From positions 15,812-79,811 of the forward strand of contig JBHJOP010000039.1 in assembly GCA_050329575.1 (NCBI GenBank): DNA of 64,000 bases, given 5' to 3'. The notes under the pieces are model-generated. The model was not told the DNA's origin and searched no databases. It worked only from the letters and a program-made list of their open reading frames with translations. Of the stretch, positions 1 to 9,736 are shown piece after piece. This DNA is from Rhodospirillales bacterium (GTDB lineage Bacteria; Pseudomonadota; Alphaproteobacteria; Rhodospirillales; Defluviicoccaceae). Within the stretch, counting starts at the first letter, position 1. Each line of letters begins with the position of its first letter. Position numbers and translations under genes: made by a program.

Positions 1-246
1 ATAGTCGACGACCTGCTCGCGGTCCGCGGCCGCCACGCGAAACGCCAGCCCGCGGCACGAGCCGCCGCGGTCGAGGCCGAGCACGAGACCGGGATTCTCC
101 GGCGTTCCCCGATAGTGGTGGGAATAGACGCAGAACGCCCGGTGGTAGCCGCGGAGCAGCGCCGGACACGCATCGAGGTGGGGAAACCCAGGCTGCCACA
201 TCAAGGAGCCGTAGCCGAACACCCAGAAGTCCAGGCTTCCCCGCAT
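1..246 (-). CDS. chaC: ChaC-family gamma-glutamylcyclotransferase, N-terminal part (gene continues past the window start)
   Basis: The reverse complement opens with ATG (244-246) and reads MRGSLDFWVFGYGSLMWQPGFPHLDACPALLRGYHRAFCVYSHHYRGTPENPGLVLGLDRGGSCRG. YGSLMW and PGLVLGLD are ChaC/GGCT hallmarks. It is absent from the ORF track because it has no stop inside the window. Confidence 0.7.
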   Translation of the reverse strand, partial: MRGSLDFWVFGYGSLMWQPGFPHLDACPALLRGYHRAFCVYSHHYRGTPENPGLVLGLDRGGSCRGLAFRVAAADREQVVDY

Positions 247-299
247 CGCGCCACTGTGCCGCAACCGGATCGGAAGTCAACCAGTGGTCGGCGGAAACC

Positions 300-1539
300 C
301 ACGGTCATTCGGTTCTCCGCTGGGTGAGGATGTTGAGGAGTTGGGTTCGGTTTTCGGCGAAGTGTTCGAAGCCTTCGACCGGCCGGAGGCCGAGCCGGCG
401 CAGGATGGTGAGCGCGGTGTGGCGGAGCGCCGCGAGCAGTTGCGGTGCGTGGCCCGAAGCGGTGCGGCAGGCATCTTCGCGGCAGGTGACGTCGCGTACC
501 CAGTGCAGGCGGTTCTCGATCCGCCAATGGTCGCGGCACAGCGTCAGCAGCCGGGCGGCGGTGGCTCGTTCGCGCGGCAGGCTGGTGATCGCGTAGACCA
601 CCTCGCGGCTTTCCTTGCCGCGGACGATGCGGCGGCGTTCGATCCGGCAGACCTGCCGCACACCCGGCCACTGGCGCAGATGCGCGGCAAGGCTGGCGGT
701 GCTTTCCAGGCGACGGGTCTCGATCCGGCCGTGGGCTTTCTCGACGGTTTCGGCCCGCTCCAGGTCAGGCGCCGGCAGCCACACCGCCGAGGGGGGAATC
801 CGGCCCGAAGGCCAGGGCGATATCGCTCTTCAGCGCCGGCTGGTTGGACTTGACCGTGAAAAAACAGTCGCCGCCGCCGTCGATGATCGCCCGGCAAATC
901 GCCTTCTGCGCGAAGATCGCGTCGCCGGTAATCACCGCACCCTTGATCGGCAGCGTTTTCAACAGGTCCAGCGTCGCGGTGATCTCGTTCGCGTCGGGGG
1001 CGATCTGCAACTGGCCGATCACCCCCTTGAGCCGCTCACTGAACGCCGCCAGCAGATGCACGCCTTGCCGCCCACCGCGGGCGCCGTCCCGCAGCCGCTT
1101 GCCGTCGAGCGCAATATCCGCCCACCGCCGCATCGCCCATCACCCAGGCGCCGAGCAGACGTTTCAGCGACACCACGTCCAGGTCGCGGAACAACTCGCA
1201 CCACACCGATGGTGCCGGAACCCGGCCGCGGCCGATGCCCACCGCCGCCAGCGCCTCCGCACTCAACCGGCGACCCCAGCGGACAATCCCAAGCTGGTCC
1301 GTCCGCCCGACCAGCAGCGCCGCCAGCGCGATCAGCAACAACCCTGCCAGCGGATACCGCCGGCCCGCCGCACGCCGATGATCCGGCACCGCCGCAAAAA
1401 CCTCCCAAACACTGGCAAACGATTCCCTCTCCACCATCACTAACAACTCCGGTCCCGCCAAACCACAACAGCTTGAACGTATGGCCCGCCACACAACCCC
1501 CTCTCGACGTTCCAAACAGCAGAACCGAATCGCCCTGGC
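300..1539 (-). mobile_element. Decayed ISAs1-family insertion sequence (approximate ends)
   Basis: It encloses the fragmented transposase. Imperfect terminal inverted repeat core: ATTCGGTTCT at 307-316 versus AGAACCGAAT at 1521-1530. The 8-mer CGGAAACC occurs in direct orientation just outside, at 292-299 and 1540-1547. Confidence 0.55.
305..1437 (-). pseudogene. ISAs1-family (H-repeat type) DDE transposase split over three reading frames
   Basis: Three ORF-track pieces, 1036-1515, 765-1133 and 305-784 (all minus strand, three frames), read consecutively as one transposase. N-terminus: MVERESFASVWEVFAAVPDHRR. Middle: IALDGKRLRD...ANEITATLDLL...ITGDAIFAQKAI...FTVKSNQP. C-terminus: LCRDHWRIENRLHWVRDVTCRED. 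At least two frameshifts are needed to join them. Confidence 0.75.
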
Positions 1540-1633
1540 CGGAAACCGCCGGCCTTGCCGGCCGCCTGCGGGTCAGCTAGCCTGACCGGACCGATTCGGC
1601 CATCGTTGGCGTCGAGCTGTAGCAACCGTCGAG

Positions 1634-2797
1634 GTGTCGCCGCCGATCATGCGCAACGCCATCATCGGCATCGTCGTCGGCGCGGTCGTCGGCATGGTCG
1701 TCGGCGTCACCGTCGTCGCGCCGCGGCTCGACAACCCTCCGGGTGGGGTTGGCGCCGCCACGCCGGACGCGGTGAGCGGCGCACCCACGCCCGCCCCGTC
1801 CCTGCAGCTCCCACCGCGGCCGTCGGCCCAGCCGGCGGTCCGGCTGCGGATGGGAAGCGCTTACACCGGCACGACGCCGCTGCTCGGTACCCTCGCGAAG
1901 CGGGTCGAGAGCGAGGTCTGGAAGGTGTCCGCCGGCACCGTCGAGATTCGCTTCCACGAGCCGGACAGCCTGGTGCCGGTCGCGGCGATGTTCGACGCCG
2001 TCGCATCCGGCACGCTCGATGCCGCGTTCGCCTCGCCGCGGTTGTGGGAAGAGCAGATCCCGGCGTTATCGCTTTACGGCGGCATTCCGTTCGGCCCCGC
2101 CGCCGCTGAGTACTTGGCTTGGTTCGATTTCGGCGGCGGCGCGCGGCTGTTCGAGGAGATCCATCACCGGCATGGCGTTCACGCCATCCTCTGTGGTGTG
2201 GCCACCGCCAAGGCCGCCGGCTGGTTCCGGGAGCGCATCGGGGCGGCCAGCGACCTCCAGGGCCTTCGCATGCGGATCGACGGGCTTTCAGCCAAGGTCA
2301 TGGCGCGGCTCGGTGTCGAGCCCGTGCCGCTCGACGGCGGTGCCGTCTTCGCCGCCCTGGAAGCCGGCGAGATCGACGCTGTCGCCCACTGGATGCCGGC
2401 CGTCGACCTGAGACTCGGCTTCCAGGACCACCTCAAGCACTACTATCTGCTGGGCTGGCGCCAGCCGGCGACGCTGCTGACGCTGATCGTCAACCGGAGT
2501 AGCTGGGAGGGGCTGACGGCGCCCCAGCGAACGCAGATCGAGGCGGTGTGCGGCGACAACGTACGCTTCGGCCTCGCCGCCGGTGGGTCGCTGCAGTTCG
2601 CCGCCCTCAAGGAGCTTTATGCCGGTGGTATCCAATTTCACCGCTGGTCGACGGAGATCCACGAAGCGCTGGAGCGGGCTTGGCGGGAGGTGGTCGAGGA
2701 GGAGGCGGGAACCGATACCGAGTTCCAACGGGTTTGGCAGTCGCTGAAATCCTTCCGCGCGGAGTACGCGATCTGGCAGGAGCTGAGCCGGCCCTGA
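1634..2797 (+). CDS. DctP-type TRAP transporter solute-binding protein with an N-terminal membrane anchor
   Basis: 387 aa. It has an N-terminal TM helix (AIIGIVVGAVVGMVVGVTVVAP) and a Pro/Ala linker, followed by a DctP/COG4663-like body (LRMGSAY...EIRFHEP...GGIPFGP...WFRE...LRMRI). The start could be GTG 1634 or ATG 1649. Confidence 0.7.
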   Translation: MSPPIMRNAIIGIVVGAVVGMVVGVTVVAPRLDNPPGGVGAATPDAVSGAPTPAPSLQLPPRPSAQPAVRLRMGSAYTGTTPLLGTLAKRVESEVWKVSAGTVEIRFHEPDSLVPVAAMFDAVASGTLDAAFASPRLWEEQIPALSLYGGIPFGPAAAEYLAWFDFGGGARLFEEIHHRHGVHAILCGVATAKAAGWFRERIGAASDLQGLRMRIDGLSAKVMARLGVEPVPLDGGAVFAALEAGEIDAVAHWMPAVDLRLGFQDHLKHYYLLGWRQPATLLTLIVNRSSWEGLTAPQRTQIEAVCGDNVRFGLAAGGSLQFAALKELYAGGIQFHRWSTEIHEALERAWREVVEEEAGTDTEFQRVWQSLKSFRAEYAIWQELSRP

Positions 2798-2976
2798 GCT
2801 CCTCCCCCCACGGTCGGTCGGCAACCCCGCGAGCTGGGAGACGGTCGCGGCCGACAACGGTGTTCGCCGCCAACGGCGGCGGAGTCGGCGGGAACGGTTG
2901 CAACCGCCGCGCCGCTGACGGATAATGCTTCGATGCACCGCAACATCGTTCTCGAAGAAGGCGGGAGAATGCCCCA

Positions 2977-3366
2977 ATGACCAACAAAGCCCTGATCGTT
3001 TGCGCCGCTGCACTTGCCGTCGGCCTTTCCGGCGGGTCGGCGATTGCCGCCGACGCCGCAGCCGGAGCGGAGGTGTTCAAGAAGAAGTGCACCGCCTGTC
3101 ACAAGGCCGAAGAGGGTAAGCACGGGACCGGACCGTCACTGTTCGGAGTCTTCGGCAAGAAGGCCGGTGGCACGGATTTCAAGCGCTACGTCGGTCTCAA
3201 GGGTGCCGATTTCGAATGGGACGAAGCGTTGCTGATTGAGTACCTCGCCGACCCCAAGGCGTTCGTTGAAACGCACACCGCGAACAAGCGGAGCTCGATG
3301 ACCTTTAAGCTCGCCGACGAGCAGGAGCGCATCGCCGTCGTCGAGTATATGAAGACCCTCAAGTAG
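2977..3366 (+). CDS. Class I c-type cytochrome (cytochrome c2/c550-like)
   Basis: 129 aa with a signal peptide, the heme motif CTACHK, GPSLFGVFGKKAG, and the Met ligand region KRSSMTFK. Confidence 0.85.
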   Translation: MTNKALIVCAAALAVGLSGGSAIAADAAAGAEVFKKKCTACHKAEEGKHGTGPSLFGVFGKKAGGTDFKRYVGLKGADFEWDEALLIEYLADPKAFVETHTANKRSSMTFKLADEQERIAVVEYMKTLK

Positions 3367-3421
3367 CCGCTTGCTGGCCCGCGCCGCCCGGAGGCGGACG
3401 GTTCGGGCTCTCGCGAAACAA

Positions 3422-3451
3422 CCGCCGCGGTCTCTGGCGCGACCGCGGCGG
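3422..3451. terminator. GC hairpin between the convergent cytochrome c and uspA genes
   Basis: CCGCCGCGGTC (3422-3432) pairs with GACCGCGGCGG (3441-3451), giving an 11-bp stem and an 8-nt loop. There is no clear U-tract. Confidence 0.35.
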
Positions 3452-3459
3452 CGGACTCG

Positions 3460-3888
3460 TCATTCTCGCACCACAAGCACCGAGCAGGCCGCGTGACGAA
3501 CGACGCGGGCGGCGTTGGGGCCGAGCAGATAGTCTCTGAGCTCCGGCCGGTGCGCCGCGATGACGATCAGATCGGCACCGATGGTGTTCGCCGCGGCAAT
3601 GATCTCCTGGTAGATCGTTCCCTGGCTGACGATCCGCTGGACGCAGATGTCGTCCGGCACGTATTCGGCGACGAACGCCCGCAGCGCCTCCAGGACCGCG
3701 TCCTCCACCTGCTTCTCGTAGTCGTCGGGAAAGAACTGTCCGACCAGCGGCATGCCGACGTTCGGCGCCACCGCGATCAGGTGCAGGGTCGCAGCGAACG
3801 CCCGACAGTACTCGATTGACGTCGGCAGCGCCTTTCGCCACGAACTCTCCTCGTTGAGATCGACGGCGAGCAGAATCTGGCGATACAT
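3460..3888 (-). CDS. Universal stress protein (UspA family)
   Basis: Taken from the internal ATG at 3888: MYRQILLAVDL...ADLIVIAAHRP...LGPNAARVVRHAACSVLVVRE. The start lies 6 nt after the stop of the TRAP permease, so the two are co-operonic. Confidence 0.8.
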   Translation of the reverse strand: MYRQILLAVDLNEESSWRKALPTSIEYCRAFAATLHLIAVAPNVGMPLVGQFFPDDYEKQVEDAVLEALRAFVAEYVPDDICVQRIVSQGTIYQEIIAAANTIGADLIVIAAHRPELRDYLLGPNAARVVRHAACSVLVVRE

Positions 3889-3893
3889 CGGAA

Positions 3894-6308
3894 TCACTCC
3901 CCGGGCGCCCGAACGGCGGCGACCTGTCCGCGCCGGCGCGTCCATTGCATGACCAGCACCAGCGCGAGCAGTGCAAGCGCGAACGGCCACACCCATTCCT
4001 TGGCCGGCTGGCCCAGCTGTTTGACGTCGATCGCGGTTACGAAGTCGCCGAAGTCGAGGCCGCTCTGCTCGGCGAGGCCGTTGAACACCATGTTGGCAAC
4101 GAGGTAGCGGCCGTCGGGCTCCCGCTCGAGGGTCACGCCCAAGGCCTCGGCGATCGGGCGATCGGTTTCCGGCGCCTCGATCACGAACAGCTTGTAGCGG
4201 TCACCATAGCGGGTCTCGCGGGTCACATGCAGGCGGACGGCGCGGCCCGCCTCGACCGCGACCGTACCGCTGATGACCTGTTCGGCTTCGATGGTGGCGA
4301 ACGGCGGAAAGACCCGGTCCATGAAAGCGCCGGGGCGGAACAGCGCCAGCGTCACCACCAGCAGCAGGATCGCCTCGTGGAGGCGGACCTTGACCAGCAG
4401 CCAGCCCTGAGTGGCCGAGGCGAAGCAGAGCATGGCGACCAGCGCGGTCGCGAACACGGCGATCCCGTGCCACCAGTTCTCGACGCCGATCAGCAACAGG
4501 GTCGGGTTGAAAATGAACACGAACGGCAACACGCCGGTGCGGATGTCGTACAGGAACGCCTGCACTCCGGTCCGCAGCGGATCGGCGCGCGAGATCGCCG
4601 AAGCAGCGAAGGCGGCGAGGCAGACCGGAGGGGTCGAATCGGCCATAATTCCGAAGTAGAATACGAACAGGTGCACGGCGATCAGCGGCAACACCAGTCC
4701 GGAGGCGTTGCCGAGCTCGACCAGGACTCCGGCCAGTAACGACGCCACCACCAGATAGTTCGCGGTGGTCGGCAACCCCATGCCGAGCACCAGGCAGAGA
4801 ACGGCCGTCATCGTCAGCAGCACGTACACGTTGCCACCGGAGATCGCCTCGACGACGCCGACAAGGGCGTTGTTGAGACCGGTCGAGGACACCGCGCCGA
4901 CTATGATGCCGGCGCAGCCGACGGCGATGGCGATGCCGATCATGTTGCGTGCCCCAGCCACCATCCCGGCGTAGACGTTGGCGAGGCCGTAGGCGAAGGC
5001 GTCGATCGCCTGGACCTGCCCGCTGCGGATCGCGACGATCACCGGCTCGACGACCATCACCACCATCAGCGTTACGATCGACCAGAACACCGCGCTGCCC
5101 GCGGTCCAGTTCTCGACCATCAGCAGGTACGCCAGAGTAGCGATCGGGATCAGGTAGTGGACGCCGCCGAGGAACGTCCGCCCGAGGCGCGGAATGTCGA
5201 TCGGCTCCAGACCCTTGAGCCCCAGTTTCATCGCCTCGAGATGCGCGATGTAGAGCAGTGCGAGGTAGCTGATGATCGCGGGGATGAAGGCGGCCTTGAC
5301 CACCTCGACGTACGGAATGCCGATCAATTCGGCCATGATGAAGGCGGCGGCGCCCATGATCGGCGGCATGATCTGGCCGTTGGTCGACGCCGCCACCTCG
5401 ATCGCCCCGGCCTTCACCGCCGGGATGCCGATCCGCTTCATCACCGGAATCGTGAAGGTGCCGGTGGTGACCACGTTGGCGATCGACGAGCCGGAGATCA
5501 GCCCGGTCATTCCCGAGGCCAGGACTGCCGCCTTCGCCGGTCCGCCACGGTACTTGCCGACCATCGCGAAAGCGAGATCGAGGAAGTACTTGCCCGCGCC
5601 CGCCTTGTCGAGCAGCGCGCCGAACATCACGAACAGGAACACGAACCCCACTGAAACGGAAATCGGGATGCCGAAGATCGCCTCGCCGCTCAGCCACTGG
5701 TAGCCGATCAGCCTCGGCAGCGAGACCCCCTTGTGGGCGATGATGTCGGGCATCGACTGCCCGAACAGCGAGTAGGCGAGGAACGCCGAGGCGACGATCA
5801 CCAGCGGCAGGCCGATCGAGCGCCGGGTGCCTTCCAGAAGCAGCACGATGCCGACGCCGCCCAGGATCGCCTCGAACGGGAACCGGAACCCGAACAGATC
5901 GACGACCAGCAACACGCCGTGGCGACGCACCATGCCGCCGTAACCGAGGAACAGATACAGCGCAGCACCGCAGGCGAGACATGCAAGGACGAGATCGTAC
6001 CAGGGGATGCGGTGCGAGGCGAACCGCGGGGCTGCCGGAAAGGTGAGAATGCAGAGCAGCAGCGCGAAAGCGAGGTGAATACCGCGCGCCGGGACGTCGG
6101 TGATGATACCGAAGTTGAAGATGAACGGCAGCGGCGAGGCGATCCACAGCTGGAATACCGACCACGCGAAGGCGATCAGGCCGAGAACGACGGCGAGGCG
6201 GGGGCCATGCTTGTGGCCGGTGAACTCGATGTCTTCGAGCTGCCGGACGAGCGAGCCTTCTCCCGGTCGCGATGACGGTTGCGGCCCCTCAGCCATTGCG
6301 CACGCCAA
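3894..6308 (-). CDS. TAXI-type TRAP transporter fused permease (4TM/12TM, DctQM fusion)
   Basis: 804 aa and highly hydrophobic. It has the typical fused-permease length, motifs GGPAKAAVLASGMTGLISGSSIANVVTTG and STNGQIMPPIMGAAAF, and lies immediately downstream of a TAXI receptor gene. Confidence 0.9.
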   Translation of the reverse strand: MACAMAEGPQPSSRPGEGSLVRQLEDIEFTGHKHGPRLAVVLGLIAFAWSVFQLWIASPLPFIFNFGIITDVPARGIHLAFALLLCILTFPAAPRFASHRIPWYDLVLACLACGAALYLFLGYGGMVRRHGVLLVVDLFGFRFPFEAILGGVGIVLLLEGTRRSIGLPLVIVASAFLAYSLFGQSMPDIIAHKGVSLPRLIGYQWLSGEAIFGIPISVSVGFVFLFVMFGALLDKAGAGKYFLDLAFAMVGKYRGGPAKAAVLASGMTGLISGSSIANVVTTGTFTIPVMKRIGIPAVKAGAIEVAASTNGQIMPPIMGAAAFIMAELIGIPYVEVVKAAFIPAIISYLALLYIAHLEAMKLGLKGLEPIDIPRLGRTFLGGVHYLIPIATLAYLLMVENWTAGSAVFWSIVTLMVVMVVEPVIVAIRSGQVQAIDAFAYGLANVYAGMVAGARNMIGIAIAVGCAGIIVGAVSSTGLNNALVGVVEAISGGNVYVLLTMTAVLCLVLGMGLPTTANYLVVASLLAGVLVELGNASGLVLPLIAVHLFVFYFGIMADSTPPVCLAAFAASAISRADPLRTGVQAFLYDIRTGVLPFVFIFNPTLLLIGVENWWHGIAVFATALVAMLCFASATQGWLLVKVRLHEAILLLVVTLALFRPGAFMDRVFPPFATIEAEQVISGTVAVEAGRAVRLHVTRETRYGDRYKLFVIEAPETDRPIAEALGVTLEREPDGRYLVANMVFNGLAEQSGLDFGDFVTAIDVKQLGQPAKEWVWPFALALLALVLVMQWTRRRGQVAAVRAPGE

Positions 6309-6389
6309 TCGGAGGGGCGCTGGATCCGCGGCAACCGGCGCGGACGACCGGCGCCGCGAAGGGCGCCGGCATCGCAGGCATCGGGCCGA

Positions 6390-7388
6390 CTACATCCAAC
6401 CCTTCTCCTTGTAGTAGCGGACCGCTCCGGGATGGAGCGGCGCCGTCAGACCGTCCTTGATCATTTTCTGCGGATCGAGGGTGGCGAACGCCGGATGGAG
6501 GGTCCGGAAGTCCTCGATGTTCTCCATCACCGCCCGCACCACCTCGTAGACGGTCTGCTCGTCGACGTCGGCGCCGGTAACGAAGGTCGCCATCACGCCA
6601 AAGGTGGTGACGTCCTCGGTGGTGGTTTTGTAGGTTCCGGCCGGAATGGTGGCGAAGGCGTAGTACGGAAACTCGGCGACCAGCTTCTCCTCCACCGGAC
6701 CGTTGAGATTGATGATCCGGGCGCCACAGCCGTCGGTCGCCACCGCGACGCCGGCATTCGGCACCCCGACGGTGTAACCGAAGGCGTCGATCTTGCCGTC
6801 GCAGAGGGCGTTCGATTGTTCGGTCGAGGTCAGTTCGGTGGCGATCCTGAAATCCTCCACCGCGGTGCCGTGAGCGGCCATCAACACCTCCATGGTGCCA
6901 CGCTGGCCGGAGCCGGGGTTGCCGATGTTGACCCGCTTGCCTTTGAGATCGGCCCAGCCGTCGATGCCGGAGTCTTTGCCGACGATGATGTGGAACGGTT
7001 CGGGGTGGATGGAGAACACCGAACGCAGCTTCTCGAACGGCTTCACCCGATCGGGCGCGGTGCCCTTGAAGGAATGGTATTGCCAGTCCGACTGGGCGAC
7101 GCCGAAGTCGAGTTCGCCCTCGGCGATCTGGCCGATGTTGTAGGTCGAACCGCCGGTCGACGGCGCCGAGCAGCGGATGCCGTGGCGCCGGCCCGATTCA
7201 CGCCCCTCGGCCGCCTCCTTGTGGATCAAGCGACAGATGGCATTGCCGGCGGCGAAGTAGACGCCGGTCGGCCCACCGGTGCCGATGGCGATGAACCGCC
7301 TCTGTCCCTGGGCGGCCGCCTCGAACGCGATCATCCCGACAGCCGCCGCCACGGCCAGCGCCAGCCCCGTCACGGTGAACTTTCGCAT
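6390..7388 (-). CDS. TAXI-family TRAP solute receptor
   Basis: From ATG 7388: MRKFTVTGLALAVAAA (signal peptide), IGTGGPTGVYFAAGNAI, and the C-terminal LHPGAVRYYKEKGWM typical of TAXI receptors. Confidence 0.9.
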   Translation of the reverse strand: MRKFTVTGLALAVAAAVGMIAFEAAAQGQRRFIAIGTGGPTGVYFAAGNAICRLIHKEAAEGRESGRRHGIRCSAPSTGGSTYNIGQIAEGELDFGVAQSDWQYHSFKGTAPDRVKPFEKLRSVFSIHPEPFHIIVGKDSGIDGWADLKGKRVNIGNPGSGQRGTMEVLMAAHGTAVEDFRIATELTSTEQSNALCDGKIDAFGYTVGVPNAGVAVATDGCGARIINLNGPVEEKLVAEFPYYAFATIPAGTYKTTTEDVTTFGVMATFVTGADVDEQTVYEVVRAVMENIEDFRTLHPAFATLDPQKMIKDGLTAPLHPGAVRYYKEKGWM

Positions 7389-7662
7389 GTCCTTCGATCC
7401 TCCCTCTAGTGTTGACATCACGGCAATCCGGCCGCCCCCGGCTAGCGAGCGAATCCGCCCGTCCTCGGATCCGCGACACGGCTCGCCGCCCCCGCACCAG
7501 CTCTTGCCTGTTCGTCCCCATGACGAGTTTACCGTCAGCATCGATCGGGACAACCCTCGATTTGCCCGCCGTGCCTGCCTCGGCTCGGGAGCGGTCGGAA
7601 GGCAACTTCCGGCGTGGTCCGCCGCCGGACCGCTCTCGCCGGCCGGCTGGCGGATCGTGACC

Positions 7663-9090
7663 TCACTGGACCGCAGCGGTGAGGGCAGCGTCGATCGCGG
7701 CGGCGAGCCGCTCGACGATCTCGGCCACGTCGCTCTCGGCGACAATGAACGGCGGCGCCAGCAGGACGTGGTCACCGCGCAACCCGTCGGCAGTGCCGCC
7801 CGCGGGATAGCAGATCAGGCCGCGGGCCATGCCCTCGGCCTTGATGCGGGCGTGCAGGGCGAGCGCGGGATCGAACGGCTCCTTCGTGTCCCGGTCGGCG
7901 ACCAACTCGATGCCTCGGAACAGCCCCCGACCCCGAATGTCGCCGACATGGGGGTGCTGGCCGAGACGGGCGACCAGCATACGGTTCAGCGCCTCGCCCT
8001 GGACGCGGACGTTGCGGAGCAGGTCGCGATCGCGTATCGCGCGTTGCACCGCCAGCGCCCCGGCACAAGCGGTGGCATGGCCGATGTAGGTGTGGCCGTG
8101 CTCGAACCTGCCGCTGCCCCGCTGGAACGGCTCGTACACGCGGTCGCGAACCAGGACGGCGCCGATCGGCTGATAGCCGGCCCCCAGCCCCTTGGCGAGA
8201 CACATCAGGTCGGGAACGACGCCGTCCTGTTCACAGGCGTGTAGGGTTCCGGTGCGGCCCATGCCGCTCATCACTTCGTCGAGAACGAGCAGCACGCCGT
8301 AGCGGTCGCAGATCTCGCGGATGCGCTGGAAGTAGCCCGGCACCGGGGGCACGGCACCGAGGGTCGCGCCGACCACGGTCTCGGCGACGAAGGCCGAGAC
8401 GATCTCTGGACCGAGCCGCAGGATCGCCGTCTCCAGCTCGTCGGCGACGCGGCGCCCGTACGCGTCCTCGGTCTCGCCCCGCTGCCGATGACGGTAGGCG
8501 TAGCAGGGCGCGATGTGGGTGGTTTCGATCAGCAGAGGGCCGAACAGCGTGCGGCGGCCGATGTTGCCGCCGACCGCCAGCGCGCCCAGCGTGTTGCCGT
8601 GATAGCTCTGGCGGCGGGCAATGAAGCGGTGGCGGCGCGGCTCGCCGATTTCGACGAAGTACTGGCGCGCCATTTTCAGCGCCGCCTCCATCGCCTCCGA
8701 GCCCCCGGAGGTGAAGTAGACATGAGCAAGGCCGGGCGGAGCCCCCTCGACCAACAGGTCGGCCAGCTGTTCCGCCGGCTCGGAGGTGAAGAAGGCGGTG
8801 TGGGCGAAGGCCAGTTTCTGCACCTGGGCGACAATCGCCGCCCGCACGTCGGGATCGCTATGGCCGAGGGCGGACACCGCGGCGCCGCCGGAGGCGTCGA
8901 GATAGCGTCGGCCATCGGCATCGACGATGTAGAGGCCGTCGCCCGCAGCCGCCGTCGGCAGCGGAGCATGCAGCTGGCGATGAAAGACGTGGTTCAGACC
9001 GTCCTCCCGACCCTGTCGCGGTGAGGGCCGCAAGTCATCCCGCAACGGTGACGGCGCTTGCCCGCAAGTCCACTCCGGCATCGTAGGCAT
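7663..9090 (-). CDS. Class III (omega) aminotransferase
   Basis: YLDASGGAAVSALGH, FTSGGSEAMEAALK, LVLDEVMSGMGRTG. The start is uncertain: ATG at 9090 or 9081, or a non-ATG start nearer LNHVFHR around 9000. Confidence 0.85.
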   Translation of the reverse strand: MPTMPEWTCGQAPSPLRDDLRPSPRQGREDGLNHVFHRQLHAPLPTAAAGDGLYIVDADGRRYLDASGGAAVSALGHSDPDVRAAIVAQVQKLAFAHTAFFTSEPAEQLADLLVEGAPPGLAHVYFTSGGSEAMEAALKMARQYFVEIGEPRRHRFIARRQSYHGNTLGALAVGGNIGRRTLFGPLLIETTHIAPCYAYRHRQRGETEDAYGRRVADELETAILRLGPEIVSAFVAETVVGATLGAVPPVPGYFQRIREICDRYGVLLVLDEVMSGMGRTGTLHACEQDGVVPDLMCLAKGLGAGYQPIGAVLVRDRVYEPFQRGSGRFEHGHTYIGHATACAGALAVQRAIRDRDLLRNVRVQGEALNRMLVARLGQHPHVGDIRGRGLFRGIELVADRDTKEPFDPALALHARIKAEGMARGLICYPAGGTADGLRGDHVLLAPPFIVAESDVAEIVERLAAAIDAALTAAVQ

Positions 9091-9214
9091 CTCCACGGAA
9101 CGTCGCAATCGAGGATCCGCGGATACGACCTGCGAGGTCGGCATTGTCGGCCTTGGGGACGGTGGCTAGGATGCGGCCTCCGCCGTCGTCACCCTCGGGT
9201 CCGGGAACCGCGCC

Positions 9215-9736
9215 ATGCACATCGATATCAAGAACTACATCCGCTCGATTCCCGATTTTCCCAAGCCGGGCATCCTGTTCTACGACATCTCCACCCTGCT
9301 CGCCCATGCCGATGCCTGGTCGGTGGCCATGGGACGGCTGGCCAAGGCGGTGAGCCGGCATCAGCCGGACATGCTGGCCGGCATCGAGTCGCGAGGATTT
9401 CTCGTCGCCGCCCCCCTCGCCCTGAAACTCGGGCTCGGCTTCGTGATGGTGCGCAAGCGAGGCAAGCTGCCGGGCCCGACCATTCCCCACGAATATGCCC
9501 TCGAGTACGGCACCGACATCATCGAGATCCAAGAAGACGCCGTGCAGCCGGGTCAGCGGGTGGTCATCCTCGACGATCTGTTGGCAACCGGTGGCACCCT
9601 GTCGGCGACGGCGGCGCTGCTGCGCAGGGTCGGCGCCGAGGTGGTCGGCGCCGCCTGCATCATCGAACTGTCCTTTCTCGACGGCCGGTCGCGGTTGGAC
9701 ATGCCGGTCACGACCCTGGTTTCCTACGAGCGCTAG
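9215..9736 (+). CDS. apt: Adenine phosphoribosyltransferase
   Basis: 173 aa. [38 protein letters not shown] (PRPP loop). Confidence 0.95.
   Translation: MHIDIKNYIRSIPDFPKPGILFYDISTLLAHADAWSVAMGRLAKAVSRHQPDMLAGIESRGFLVAAPLALKLGLGFVMVRKRGKLPGPTIPHEYALEYGTDIIEIQEDAVQPGQRVVILDDLLATGGTLSATAALLRRVGAEVVGAACIIELSFLDGRSRLDMPVTTLVSYER

Noticed and set aside
201-1625. Multiple overlapping ORFs on both strands across the IS region (for example 201-671 minus, 284-853 plus, 615-1580 plus, 844-1443 plus)
   Set aside because: Only the three minus-strand pieces carry transposase motifs. The others are Pro/Arg-rich alternative frames.
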